From the NCBI RefSeq assembly GCF_009914755.1, contig NC_060930.1: 64,000 nt of DNA, one strand, 5' to 3'. The first letter of the stretch is position 1, and each line of letters begins with the position of its first letter. This DNA is from the human T2T-CHM13v2.0 reference genome, Homo sapiens. The position numbers and the translations under genes were made by a program. The notes under the pieces are model-generated. The model saw nothing but the letters and a program-made list of their open reading frames with translations. It was not told the origin of the DNA and searched no databases. Shown piece by piece: positions 1-12,199 of this stretch.

Positions 1-639
1 GGGTGCCACCAATCATCCCCTCAGCAAGGACACCAAGCTAACAACTATCTACACAGAAAAAAACCTTGATAAGAACCAAAAATCAGGTGGGCACTCATAG
101 TACTTGGTTTTAACTTCATATCACTGAAAGACGCACTGAAGAGATAGGAAAAAACAGTCCTGAGCCACTGATGTCACCCCTCTCCTGCCCTTCAGCAGAG
201 GTGGCATGGTGCTGGGAAACAATCTCTGGGTATTAGGGGAAGGACAGCATAGTATTTGTAAGGCATTGAACTCAGGGCTATCTTAGGAGAGTAGAAAGGA
301 AAACCAGACCAAACTCAGCTGACGCCCACCCATAGAGGAAGCACTTAAACCAGCCCCAGCCAGAAGGGAATCTCCAATCCCAGCATTTGGAACTTAAGTG
401 CCTACAAGCCTCACCACAACAGGCTATAGCACTCTGTGTCTCCAAGGAAACTTGAAAGACAGTCTAGGCCATAAGGACTGCATCTCTTAGGCAAGGCCCA
501 GTGCTGAACTAGGCCCAGAGATAGTGGACTGGGAGGGCACATGACATACTGAGACACCAGCTGGGGCAGCCGAGGGAGTGCTGGCGTCACCCCTCCCCTA
601 GCCACAGCCTGCACATCTCACAGCTCCAAAAGAGATCTT

Positions 640-1600
640 ATCCTTCTGCTTTAGGAGAGGAAAGCAAAAAAGGGGGAGGTGTTTGTCTTGCTTCCTGCAT
701 ACCTGCTCAGCCACAGCAAGATAGGGCACCAGTCACAGTTGTGAGGCCCCCATTCCAGGCCGCAGCTCCAAGGCATTTCTAGACACATCCTGGGCTAGAA
801 GGGAACCCACTGCCTTGAAGTAAAGGTCCCATTCCTGGCAGTATTCATCACCTACTACCTGAAGATGCTACCTTGGGCCTTGAATAACCAGCAGTGATAT
901 CCAAGTACTACATTGAGGGCCTTGGATGGGTCTCTCAGACTTGTTGGTTTCAGGTGAGACTCAGCACATTACCAGCTGTGGTGGCTATGTGGCAAAACTC
1001 TTTCTGCTTATAAAAATCAGAGGGAAAAGTAAAGGGGATTTTGACTTGCACCGTAGGTACCAGAAAGGCCACAGATGGGCAGAACACCAAGTGGGCTCTT
1101 GGACAGCATTTCTGGACCTGCCCTGGGCCAGGAGGGAACCCACTGCCCTGAAGAATGAGTTCCTGGCCAGGCAACATTCACGATAAGCTAACTTAAGAGA
1201 CATTGGAACTTTAGGGAATGTCAGCGACAGACTGGCAGTACCCCTTGTGGACTGTGGTGGCAGTGGCTATGGGGTGAGGTATCTCTGCTTTTGGAAAGTT
1301 GAGGGAAAAGTGGGAAGGACTACAACTTGCGGTTTGAGTGCCAGCTCAGCTGCAATACAATAGAATACCAGGTAGACTTCTAAGGTTTTTGACTCTAGTC
1401 CCTGACTCCCAGATAGCACTTCTGGACCCACTGGGACCTGGGGGAACTCACCGCCCTGAAGGGAAGGACACAGGCCTAGCTGGCTTTGCTACCTGCTGAT
1501 TGTAGAGCCCCAGGGACTTGAGCTAACATAGGCAGTAGTTAGGGGGTGGTTATAAAAGGTCTTGGGCAAGACCTAGCACTTTGCTGTCTTCAAGTCTGAC
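640..1600 (+). repeat. Three degenerate ~310-330 bp tandem units in the L1 5'UTR
   Basis: Motif GGGAAC(C/T)CAC(T/C)GCC(C/T)TGAAG recurs at ~801, ~1134 and ~1443, with similar upstream sequence. Confidence 0.65.
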
Positions 1601-2921
1601 CCAGTGCAGTCATAGGGGTGGTGGCCACAGGGTTGCTTGTGTCACTTCACCCACAAGCTTTAGATGGCTTAAAACAGACAGTGAGACTTTGTTTGTTTGG
1701 TAGAAAGTAAGGGAAGAGAACAAGAGTCTACAACAATTCTCTGGTAATTCAGATAGTTCTCCTGGTTCTTGTCTAAGATGATAAAAGCAGTACATATATG
1801 AGTCTTCAAGAACTACAGCATTACTGAGCTTGGGGTGCCCTCTAAAGCAGATACAGCTCAGGTCACAACACCCAAGTCCTTTCAAATATCTGGAAAGCCT
1901 TCCCAAGAAGGACAAGTACAAATAAGCACAGATAGTGAATACTACAATAAATACTTAACTCTTTAATGCCCAGACACCGAAGAACATCTACTAGCATTAA
2001 CAACATCCAGGAAAACATGACTTCACCAAATGAACTAAATAGGGTACTAGGGACCAATCCTGAAGAAACAGAAATATGTGACCTTTCAGACAAACACTGT
2101 AAGAAGAGACAAAGAAGGTCACTACATAATGATAAAGGGGTCAATTCAATGAGAGGATATAATTTTCAATATATATGCACCCAACTCTGGAGCATCCAGA
2201 TATATAAAGCAAATATTATTAGAGCTAAAGAGAGAGATAGACCTAATATAATATCAGCTGGAGACTTGAACATACTACTTTCAGCATTAGACAGATCTTC
2301 CAGACAGAAAATCAACAAAGAAACATCAGACTTAATCTGCACTATAAACAAAATGAATCTAATAGATATTTACAGAATATTTCATCCAAGAGCTGCAGAA
2401 AACACATTCTTTTTCTCATCACGTGAACTACTGTCAAGGATGGACTGTATGTTAGGTCATAAAACAAGTCTTAAAACATTTTAAAAAATTAAAATAATAT
2501 CAAATATCTTTTCTGACCACAGTGGAATAAAATTAGAAATTAACAAGAGTAATTTTGGAAACTATACAAATAAATAGAAATTAAACATATATGCTCTGAA
2601 TGACCAGTGGGTGAATGAAGAAATTAGGAAGGAAATTGAAATATTTCTCAAAACAAATGATAATGGAAACACAACATACCAAAACCTATGGAATGCAGCA
2701 AAAAACAGCACTAAGACAGAGGTTTATAGCTATAAGTGCCACATCAAAATACAGGAAAAACATCAAATGAACAGTCTAATGATGCATCTTAAAGAATTAG
2801 AAAGGCAAGGGCAAACCAAACCAAAAACTAGTAGCAGAAAAGAAATAATAAAGATCAGAGCAGAAATAAATGAAATTGAAATGTAAAAAAAAAAAGAAAA
2901 GATCAATGGAACAAAATGCTG

Positions 2922-3103
2922 TTTTTTTGTTTTTTGTTTTGTTTTTTGTTTTGGAGATTCTTTTTTTCTGGCTTTATTGGGATATAATTGACAAATGAAA
3001 ATCATATATATTGAAGGTGTACAATATGTTTTGACATACATATATATTGTGAAATGATTGCCACAATCCAGCTAATTAACATATCCATCACCTTATATAG
3101 GTA
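2922..3103 (-). mobile_element. Antisense insert of an L1MA8/9-like 3' end with a second A-tail, nested in ORF2 of the host L1
   Basis: tttattgggatataattgacaaatgaaaatcatatatattgaaggtgtacaa...aattaacatatccatcacc resembles the L1MA8/9 3' terminus; host ORF2 resumes at 3104 (ttgaaaaattaaacaaa). Confidence 0.8.
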
Positions 3104-5489
3104 TTGAAAAATTAAACAAAATTAATTAATCTTTAGTCAGACTAAAAAAACATGAGTGAAGATCTAAATAAAATTGGAAATGACAAGTTAATAGAACTGA
3201 TACTGCAGAAATTTAAAGGACATTAGTGGCTACTATGAGGAACTATTAATATATGCTAACAAACTGGAAAATCTAGAATAAATGGAAACATTCTGAGATA
3301 CTTACAACCTACCAAAATTGAACCGAGAAGAAATTCAAATACTGAATAGACCAATAACAAGTAACAAGATCAAAGCCGTAAAAAAAAAAGGCTCCAAGTA
3401 AAAAAATAAAAATAAAAATAAAAAAATAAAAGCCTGGGACCTGATGGCTTCACTGCTGAGTTCTACCAAACATTTAAACAAGAAATAATACCAGTTCTAC
3501 TCAAACAATTCCAAAAAATAGAGGAGAAGGGAATACTTCAAAACTCATCTCATGAGGCCAATATTGCCTTAATACCAAAACCAAAGACACATCAAAAAAA
3601 TAAAACTACAGGTTAATATCTCTGATGAATAGTGATACAAAAATTCTCAGCAAAATACTAACAAACCAAATTCGACAATACATTAGAAAGATCATTCATC
3701 ATGGCTAAGTGAGATTTATTCCTGGGGTGCAACAATGGTTCAACATATGCAATCATCAATCAATGTGATACATCATATAAACATACTAAAGAATAAAAAC
3801 CATATGATCATTTCAATTAATGCTTAAAAAGCTTTTGATAAAATTTAACATCCCTTCATGGTAAATATCCTCAAAAAACTCAGGACAGGAGGAACATACC
3901 TCAACATAATAAAAGCCATATATTACATACCCACAGCTAGTACCATACTGAATGGGGTAAAACTGAAAGCCTTTCCTCCAAGGTCAGGAACACAAGAAGA
4001 ATGCCCACTGTCATCACTGTTATTCAATACGCTACTGGAAGTCTTAGCTAGAACAATCAGACAAGAGAAACAAATAAAGGGCATCCAAATTCAAAAGGAA
4101 GAAGGCAGATTATCTTTGTTTGCAGATGATATGATCTTATATTTGGAAAAACCTAAAGATGATACCAAAAACTATTAGAACTCATACACAAATTCAGTAA
4201 AGACTCAGGATACAAAATTAACATACAAAATTCAGTGACATTTCCATATGCCAACAGTGAACAATGTGAAAAAGAAATTTAAAATGTAATCTTATTTACA
4301 ATAGCCACAAATAAAATGTAATACCAAAGAATTAACCTAATCAAATAAGTGAAAGATCTCTACAATGAAAACTGTGAGAACTGATGAAAGAAATTGAAGA
4401 CACCAAAAAAGGAATAAATATTCCATGTTCTTAAATCAAAATTGATACAATGTCCATGGTACCCTAAACAATCTACAGGTTCAATGCAATTCCTATCAAA
4501 ATATTAATGGCATTCTTAACAGAAATAGAAAAAACATTCCTAAAATTTATATGAAACCATAAAAGACCCAGAATAGCCAAAGATATCCCAAGTAAAATGA
4601 AGAAAACTGGAGTTATCTCATTACCTAACTTCAAATTATACTACAGAGCTTTAATAACCAAAACAGCATGGTAGTGGCATAAAAACAGACATATAGACCA
4701 ATAGAGCACAATAGAGAACCAACAAACAAATTCACCTACAGGGAACTCATTTTCAACAAAGGTGCCAGAACATATACTGGCAAAAAGACAGTCTCTTCAA
4801 TAAATGGTGCTGGGAAAACTGGATATCTATATGCAGAATAATGCAACTATATCCCTCTCTCTCACCATAAACAAAAAAAATCAAATCAAAATTGATTAAG
4901 GACTTAAATCTAAGACCTCAAACCATAAAACTACTACAAAAACATTGGGGAAAATCTTCAGGACATTGGTCTGGGCAAAGTATTTCTTGAGCAATACCCT
5001 ACAAGCACAGGCAACCTAAGCCAAAATGGACAAATGGGATCACATTAAGTTAAAAAGCTTCTGCACAGCAACAGATACAATCAACGAAGTGAAGAGACAA
5101 CCCACACAATGGGAGAAAATATTTGCAAACTACCCATCTGACCAGGGATTAATAACCAGAGTATATAAGGAGCTCAAACAACTCTGTAGGAAAAAAATCT
5201 AATAATTTGATTAAAAAAATGGGCAAAAGTTTGATAGACATTTCTCAAAAGCAGACATACAATTGGCAAACAGGCATATGAAAAGGTGCTCAACATCATT
5301 GATCATTAAAGAAATGAAAATCAAAACTACAATGAGATATCATCTCACCCCTGTAAAAATGACTTATATCCAAAAGACAGGCAATAAAAAATGCTGATGA
5401 GGATGTGGAGAAAAGGGAACCCTCACACACTGTTGGTGGGAATGTAAATTAGTACAACCACTGTAAAGAACAGTTTGAAGGTCCTTCAA

Positions 5490-5930
5490 TGTAATGGTTA
5501 ATATTGAGTGTCAATTTGGTTAAAGGATACAAAGTATTGTTCCTGGGTGTGTCTGTGAAGCTGTTGCCAAAGGAGATTAACATTTGAGTCAGTGGGCTGG
5601 GAAAAGCAGACCCATTCTTAATATGGGTGAGCACCATCTAATCAGCTGTCAGATGGCCAGAATAAAAGCAGGCAGAAAAACGTGAAAACACTAGACTGGC
5701 CTAACCTCCTAGGCTACATCTTTCTCCCATGCTGGATGCTTCCTGCCCTTGAACATTGGACTCCAGGTTCTTCTGTTTTGGGGTTCAGACTGGCTTCCTT
5801 GCTCCACAGCTTGCAGACAGCCTTTTGTGGGGCCTTGTGATTATGTGAGTTAATACTCCTTAATAAACTCCCATTTATATACACATGTATCCTATTAGTT
5901 CTGTCTCTCTAGAGAATCCTGACTAATACA
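5490..5930 (+). mobile_element. MLT2A1 solo LTR (ERVL), inserted in the L1
   Basis: TG...CA ends (tgtaatggttaatattgagtgtc ... gaatcctgactaataca), 441 bp, 5-bp TSD ttcaa/ctcaa, AATAAA near the 3' end. Confidence 0.9.
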
Positions 5931-6699
5931 CTCAAAAAAACTAAAAATTGAGCTATCATGTGGTCCAGTAATCCCACTGCTGGGTATATACCCCAAAGAA
6001 AGGAAGTCAATATATTGAGAGCTATCTGCACTCCCATGTTTGTTGCAGCACTGTTTACAATAAGTAAGATTTGGAAGCAACCTAAGTGTCCATTAACAGA
6101 TAAATGGATAAAGAAAATGTGATACAGATACACAATGGAGTACTATTCAGCCATAAAAAAGAATGAGATCCAGTCATTTGCAACAAAATGTATAGAAATG
6201 GAGATCATTATGTGAAGTGAAATAAGCCAGGCACAGAATGACAAACATCACATGTTCTCACTTATTTGTGGGATCTAAAAATCAAACAGTAGAACTCATG
6301 GATATAGAGAGTAGATAGTTGGTTACCAGAGGCTGGGAAGGGTAGTGGGAGTCTGGATGGGAGATAGGGACAGTTAGTGTGTACAAAAAAGAATAGTTAG
6401 AAGAACGAATAAGACCTACTACTCAACACAACAGAAGGGATACTATAGTCAATAATAACTTAATTGTACATTTTATAATAACTGTAAGAGTGTAATTGAA
6501 TTGTTTATAATTCAAAAGATAAATGCTTGAGAGTATGGATACCCCATTCTCCATGATATGCTTATTTCACTTTCCATGCTGGTATCAAAACTTCTCATGT
6601 ACCCCCAAAATATGTATACCTATTACGTACTCACAAAATTTTTTTAAGTAAAAATTAGGGTAGTGGGAAAAAAAAAAAAATTCTTCCCGTTGGTCTTCA

Positions 6700-6920
6700 T
6701 GGGGTAGATCCTTCTCATTATTCAGGTCTCAGCTTAAATATCACTTCCTCAAAGGAATCTTCCTGGTCACTTTATCTAATGTGCTTATAGCCTCAGATGG
6801 CAATAACTTTCCACTTTCTTCCCCTAATTTTCTTTATAGCACTTACCAGTTGTGAAATGCTCTTGTCTATTTAGAATTTAAGCTCTACAGTAGCAAAGAT
6901 GTATGTTTGCCACCATATTT
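6700..6920 (+). mobile_element. L2 3' fragment
   Basis: ttcaggtctcagcttaaatatcacttcctc...tagaatttaagctc, typical L2 3' motifs. Confidence 0.6.
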
Positions 6921-7631
6921 CTGGAGACTGAAATGGTTACTGGCCCATTGTAAGTACAAAAAAAAAATTAAATGTATTATCAAGTACTCTTGAGAGCACT
7001 TTAAACCACTGCTAGTCAGAATATAGGTTGGTACCATCTTTGTAGAAAGTAATTTCCCATTATATCTCAGTTCAATGATTTTCATACCTGTTTACCCAGT
7101 AACACTATTTCTATAAAAACAAACAATTTTATTTTTTTTTTTTAAACATCAAAGTAATTTATTTGATTTGTTTGAAATCGAGTCATTTCTTCCCCCACCA
7201 CATCCCCTGTACCTGTTCTGCCCCATCTAAAGTGTCCTAAGGCACAGATGTGATCATCCTGTTCTTTTGACAAAAACCAGTAACAGCTCCTTATTTGTGA
7301 CTAGGAGAGACAGCCAAACTCCATAGGCTGGTTTCTCAGTAGCTCTTCCATTCTTCACAATGCCTTTTCACTTGGAGTGTTTTCCAACCAAACAAAGCCA
7401 CCTGCTGCTATACAGCCTCCTGTACTCTTCCTATTCATTCCTCCTGAAAAGCCCCCGCCACAGTCTTCTCCGGTGAAAATTCCGTTTGTCCTTAAGGCCA
7501 GACCACATACTGCCCCCTACAGGCAGCCTTCCAGGACTCAGCTTTACGCAATTGCTCATTCTGAACAAAAAACAAACAATTTTAAAAATCAGAGTTAAGA
7601 GCAAAGATTTATGGAGTTATATAATACACAT

Positions 7632-7702
7632 AATATAAAAAATATATACACCTACTATGTATGCACCAAATTATTTAAAATAAAAATGAAATAAAAAATT
7701 TA
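7632..7702 (+). mobile_element. Very short L1MA1-3 3' terminus plus A-rich tail
   Basis: aaatatatacacctactatgta matches the L1MA terminal sequence and is homologous to 6608-6630. Confidence 0.7.
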
Positions 7703-8710
7703 AAAAATTAAGGTAGTGGGAAAATGTATTATTTTATATATACATATGCATATATATACACACACACACATATATATATAGTAGCATATATATAATAAAA
7801 TTAGAAACACCTCAAAGGTCTGACAAAGAGGAGATGGTAAATTAAACTATGATATCTTCACACAAATGGCAGTATTCATTCCACCTTGCTTTGGTAATCA
7901 TACTTCCAAAAATCTCTCCCCTACTGGATATGAGATTAGGTGTCCCGTATCCCCTTAGCCAAGGGATAGACATTTGACCCAAGGTAAGCCAACGGAGTCC
8001 TTACCTGAAGTTTGAATATTTTGCCCATGGACAGAAAGGAAAGATGAAATATTTATTTCTTCCTTTCATTGCTCGTGCCTAGACAAGCCTCTCAAGCAAT
8101 GTTTGCTAATAAGTTTCACCAGGGCTCTCTGATTTCTGCTATGGCTGACATCCCACTGGATACACTGTTCTGCCTTTCTGGTTTGAAATAATTTCAAAAT
8201 ATGAAATTATTTCTAAACTTATTCATAAGTAGCTGTTGCCCTCTGAGAGTCCTTCATTGCCACAGCTAACCCAGCCTCTGTCCAAGTACCCTCTGCATGA
8301 CCCACTATTCCAATAAATAAAGGGGTAATCCCTAGCTCAACAGCTGTGTGGTTGGCTTTGGTTCAGAAAGGTAGAGTGCTTCATGCCATTCAAGGTATTT
8401 TCAATTCCACTCTTGCTTCCTGTCCTTAACAAGTCCCTTTGATTTTGTGTGTTCACTCATATTTTTCCTTTAATTTCATATTTGCTACATTAGTTCAATT
8501 CAGTATTTGTGGCTGGCAAAAGAAGAATTCTATTTGATGTACTCTGAGTCTTGTTTTCAATGTTGGAAAATTCTTAGTCAGTTAAAAAAATAAGGACACA
8601 AAACTATGTGAAGCCTAATTTTATTTAAAATATATTTTGAAATATTGTCATTTATATCAAATATTGACATGCATATATACATAGATACACGTAAAATATA
8701 GCAAAATCTT

Positions 8711-8991
8711 TTTTTTTAATTTTTATTTATTTTTTTTTAAATTATACTTTAAGTTTTAGGGTACATGTGCACATTGTGCAGGTTAGTTACATATGTATAC
8801 ATGTGCCGTGCTGGTGCGCTGCACCCACTAACTCGTCATCTAGCATTAGGTATATCTCCCAATGCTATCCCTCCCCCTCCCCCCACCCCACAACAGTCCC
8901 CAGAGTGTGATATTCCCCTTCCTGTGTCCATGTGATCTCATTGTTCAATTCCCACCTATGAGTGAGAATATGCGGTGTTTGGTTTTTTGTT
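8711..8991 (-). mobile_element. Young 5'-truncated L1PA2-like 3' end
   Basis: Near-identical to the L1HS/L1PA2 3'UTR; carries the GAG (not ACA) diagnostic; TSD caaaatctt at 8702-8710 and 8992-9000. Confidence 0.92.
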
Positions 8992-10479
8992 CAAAATCTT
9001 ATAATGCTCATCTTTTGGTATTATAGTATATGGAAGATATTCTTCATAATTTTCATTATTTTCCAAACTTTCTGCATCTATGTATGTATAAACCGCTAAA
9101 GTTACATAATTTTAAAAATAATTAGGATGGATTATAGCTCTATCGGGGGGCGCTCAGCTGTTGTATCAGGCATTGTTAGAAGTGAATTTATAACCCTAAT
9201 GATGGAATATTTTAATTGCACATGTTGATCTTCTTAGCTTCATATGTCTATGTCATATACATCAATTTCATGATATGTAATTCTTGCTGTGTTGATAATC
9301 AGACTTGATGCTAACTTATATCATCTTACAAGATAAATTATATGATCACCCAATCTTTAGCAGTTATGCCTATTCTCAGTTCATACAACATTTAGGAAAT
9401 TATTACAGCTGTCATTGGCCTTTACTATGGTACTGGAGTGTACCTAGGAACAACTTCTACCTAGAAGGCATTGTAACACAAATTCATTCACTTTTTAAAG
9501 GGAAAAATTGGGAAACATGGTGGTATTGTCCATGGATAGAGTTTGTAGCTAGATCTTTTCTTGGATGAGTGCTTTGAAAAATGCCACATTTTCATAAAAT
9601 TCTGGAAAAAATTCTCACTTCAAATTGCTGAATTAGTGTTTATAAACCAGAAGACAGAAAGTGTTGTGTTCAACAGCCAAACCTCCTGGTGACCCACAGC
9701 TGTGTCTGGACCAAGACTGCATATTTAACTCAAGGAAGAAGTGCCTCTTTGAGTACCTCACTCCCCAGCATGGAATGTTAATGAGAATTCTCTACCAGAT
9801 GTGTGGACTTAGTGCTAGACAGGAACAATATTGAAAAGTATGCAATTAAACTTTTAACTTTTTTTTTCAGATAAAAAGAATGGGAAGGTATTATAAATAA
9901 ATATACTTTAATGGTTATTACCATTATATTAGAAATTAGTTGCATAATTCAGTTCACTGTTTAATCATAGGTAAAATTAATTGAGGCCACATGTGCCTAC
10001 CTATGGCCATTTGAATGTATCTAGTGTGGTAGGTGACTCCTGCAATTGTTCCTGAGGTTCTCTGCAGGATATTTCTCTTCTCTCATCTCCTAGCCAGACT
10101 CAGAGAAGCCAATGGAGTATTTGGAGCAACCACTACGTGGAAGGAGCCCAGATCCTGAGTAAGCTGGTAGGCCACCAGCCAGATAATTAATTGACATGAA
10201 TGAGAAATAAAGATGATGTGTTAACAAATAAAAACACATATAGAAATAAGCATATTCATGATGTATAAAATACACTTATAATATCTAAATAAGCATAAAA
10301 CTTTACCAACATCATAAGGAAAATAAATGTCTTGTAGGACTTGAATGAAGAGGAAAACACATCTGGAGAGGATATGACTCAGGATAACCACTGCCTTTTC
10401 TAGCATTTCCTGACTGCTCAAATTTGATTAGCGCTTCCCACCTGACCCTGTGTGAAGCCCATGGGCTTATTTGTCTGAA

Positions 10480-10620
10480 TCCCATCTGTACAGTAAGCTC
10501 CTTGCAGCCAGGCCATTATCTTATTTATCTTGAATTACTTGTAATTACTTAGTCCCGGAAACATACATAGATGTTTCTTAGTAAATACTCATTTTTTTAG
10601 TGAGTGATGTATGAAAATGA
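10480..10620 (+). mobile_element. L2 3' end fragment
   Basis: gtaagctccttgcag...ttagtaaatactc...tgagtgatgtatgaa. Confidence 0.5.
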
Positions 10621-11199
10621 GAAACATTTCACAACTGGACAGTAAAGATGGCATTTGTTAAGAAGTAGAATTTTGATGGTGGAGACTCTGATGAGAAGGA
10701 CATTCCAATCAGAGGAAACAGTGTTAGCAAAGGGCATCATAAAAAAACAGGTGAGCAAGGCTGTATAATCCTACGCTGGAGGTCTCTGTAGCTGTATCAG
10801 GAAAGAGGTCTTTGGTATTTTATTTGTATATAAAAATTCACATTTTCTAATGCATGTTAGTAGGATAAATGTCTTTTTCTTTGTCTACTGGTGTTTGCCT
10901 CTGTTTTTAATGTGTGTATGACAGCATATGTGAATTTCGAAAATAAGCACAGAGAACATGGATAACATTCTAGAATATAAAACTAACAAAGTATTACACA
11001 GTTTCAAAATGACAATGACATCTATATATAGAAAACAAAGTTGGTGAACATTAACAACATGAACTTTCTATTTTAATAAGAAAATGGAAAATAAAGAATA
11101 ATGATATTGTAGATATCAAAATAATTTACCAATAAGATTAAATATTTTGTTAAATAGCCTGATTTTTACTGATAAATCATGTAAAAACACTTAGTGAAA

Positions 11200-11665
11200 G
11201 TATATTAATTGTGTATTATGGGTTAGGTGCTATTCTGAGTGCCATTTATGCACTGGGAATAAAATAGTCCCTGCTCTATTTTGTAATTATAGTCTGGTAG
11301 GTTAGTTAGATAAGTAAATAAACAAATGGTGTAAAATGATAACAATCATGATGAATACTATGAATAAAGTAAACAGAGTGCAGAGAGATAAAATAATTGT
11401 GAAGAATCTACTTGTTTAGAATAAGTAGAGAGACCCTTCTAACAATGTGACAATTAAGGTGAGTCATGTAAGGCAGAATCAGGCAAGCGTGTTCTAGGCA
11501 GAGTTGCAGTTGCAGATGTTATTCCAGATATTAGTCAGAGCACCTGCCATCCTTCCTTCTTTCACCAAATATTTAGTGTGTGGCTACATTAGGTAAATCG
11601 ACATACTCAGTGCTTAAAGAGATAGAGAAATGGACCAGGCACAGTTTCTGTCTTCAAGGAGGGAT
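11200..11665 (-). mobile_element. L2 fragments, antisense
   Basis: aggtgctattctgagtgc...gtccctgctct...tatagtctggtagg; ttcaccaaatatttagtg...ctgtcttcaagga. Confidence 0.5.
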
Positions 11666-11688
11666 TGTAATTTTGAAATTATAACTGG

Positions 11689-11893
11689 CCATGGTGTGCA
11701 GGAGCTGACTCCTACACATATGAGAGCTGCTTGTTAAATACTCAGGAATGTTGTAACCTGCTTGTTAAATAGTTGGTAGCCTAAATCATCCATGGTAAGA
11801 GTATTTACACTACAATAATTGGCAGTCATTGTAAATCAGGGTGTTTTCTTTTCTCCAGAGAGTTTGTGGTTACATATTTACCAACAACCCATA
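11689..11893 (+). mobile_element. MER63A-like hAT MITE
   Basis: ggtgtgcaggagctg...gttaaatactcaggaatgttg...gagtatttacactac...aaatcaggg...atttaccaaca. Confidence 0.75.
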
Positions 11894-12199
11894 ACTCATC
11901 ACTTGTAAGGCTGATTCAAGAGGAACTGAAGCTACTTGTTGACTTTAGGCTCTATTATATTCTACTATCAACTGTTTACATAGGGTACAACTTTGAAAAA
12001 GTACAAAAATATTATTTTATATTGCCATCTCAATATTGATAATGCAAAGTGCTTTCAGTAGCTTTTAGGGTTGGAAATTTGAGACTAAACTTGATAAGAT
12101 CAGACAATATGACTCTTATTCCCCCCTCTACCCTCAGTATTAGCCAGACCTGTGATCATTGCTAGTGAAGTTTGCTCTTCCAGGAATACTCTCCCCATC

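Larger units (their letters stand above)
1..6655 (+). mobile_element. Near-full-length degenerate LINE-1, L1MA1-3 type (5'UTR 1-1965, ORF1 stub, ORF2 remnant, 3'UTR to A-tail)
   Basis: ORF1 N-terminus MPRHRRTSTSINNIQENMTSPNELN at 1966; EN-domain remnants (SAGDLNILLSALDRSSRQKINKET); RT motif [13 protein letters not shown] at ~4110-4150; L1MA-type 3'UTR at ~6150-6650; many stops and frameshifts. Confidence 0.95.

Noticed and set aside
1966-4178. L1 ORF1/ORF2-like ORFs as functional genes
   Set aside because: Fragmented by stops, frameshifts, a deletion and nested inserts; the same applies to the ORFs at 40271-42792 and 60844-61935
7860-10250. Possible ancient LTR (MLT1/LTR16/33) and L1ME fragments; also a possible hAT relic at 38712-38940
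   Set aside because: Too diverged to assign family or boundaries by eye
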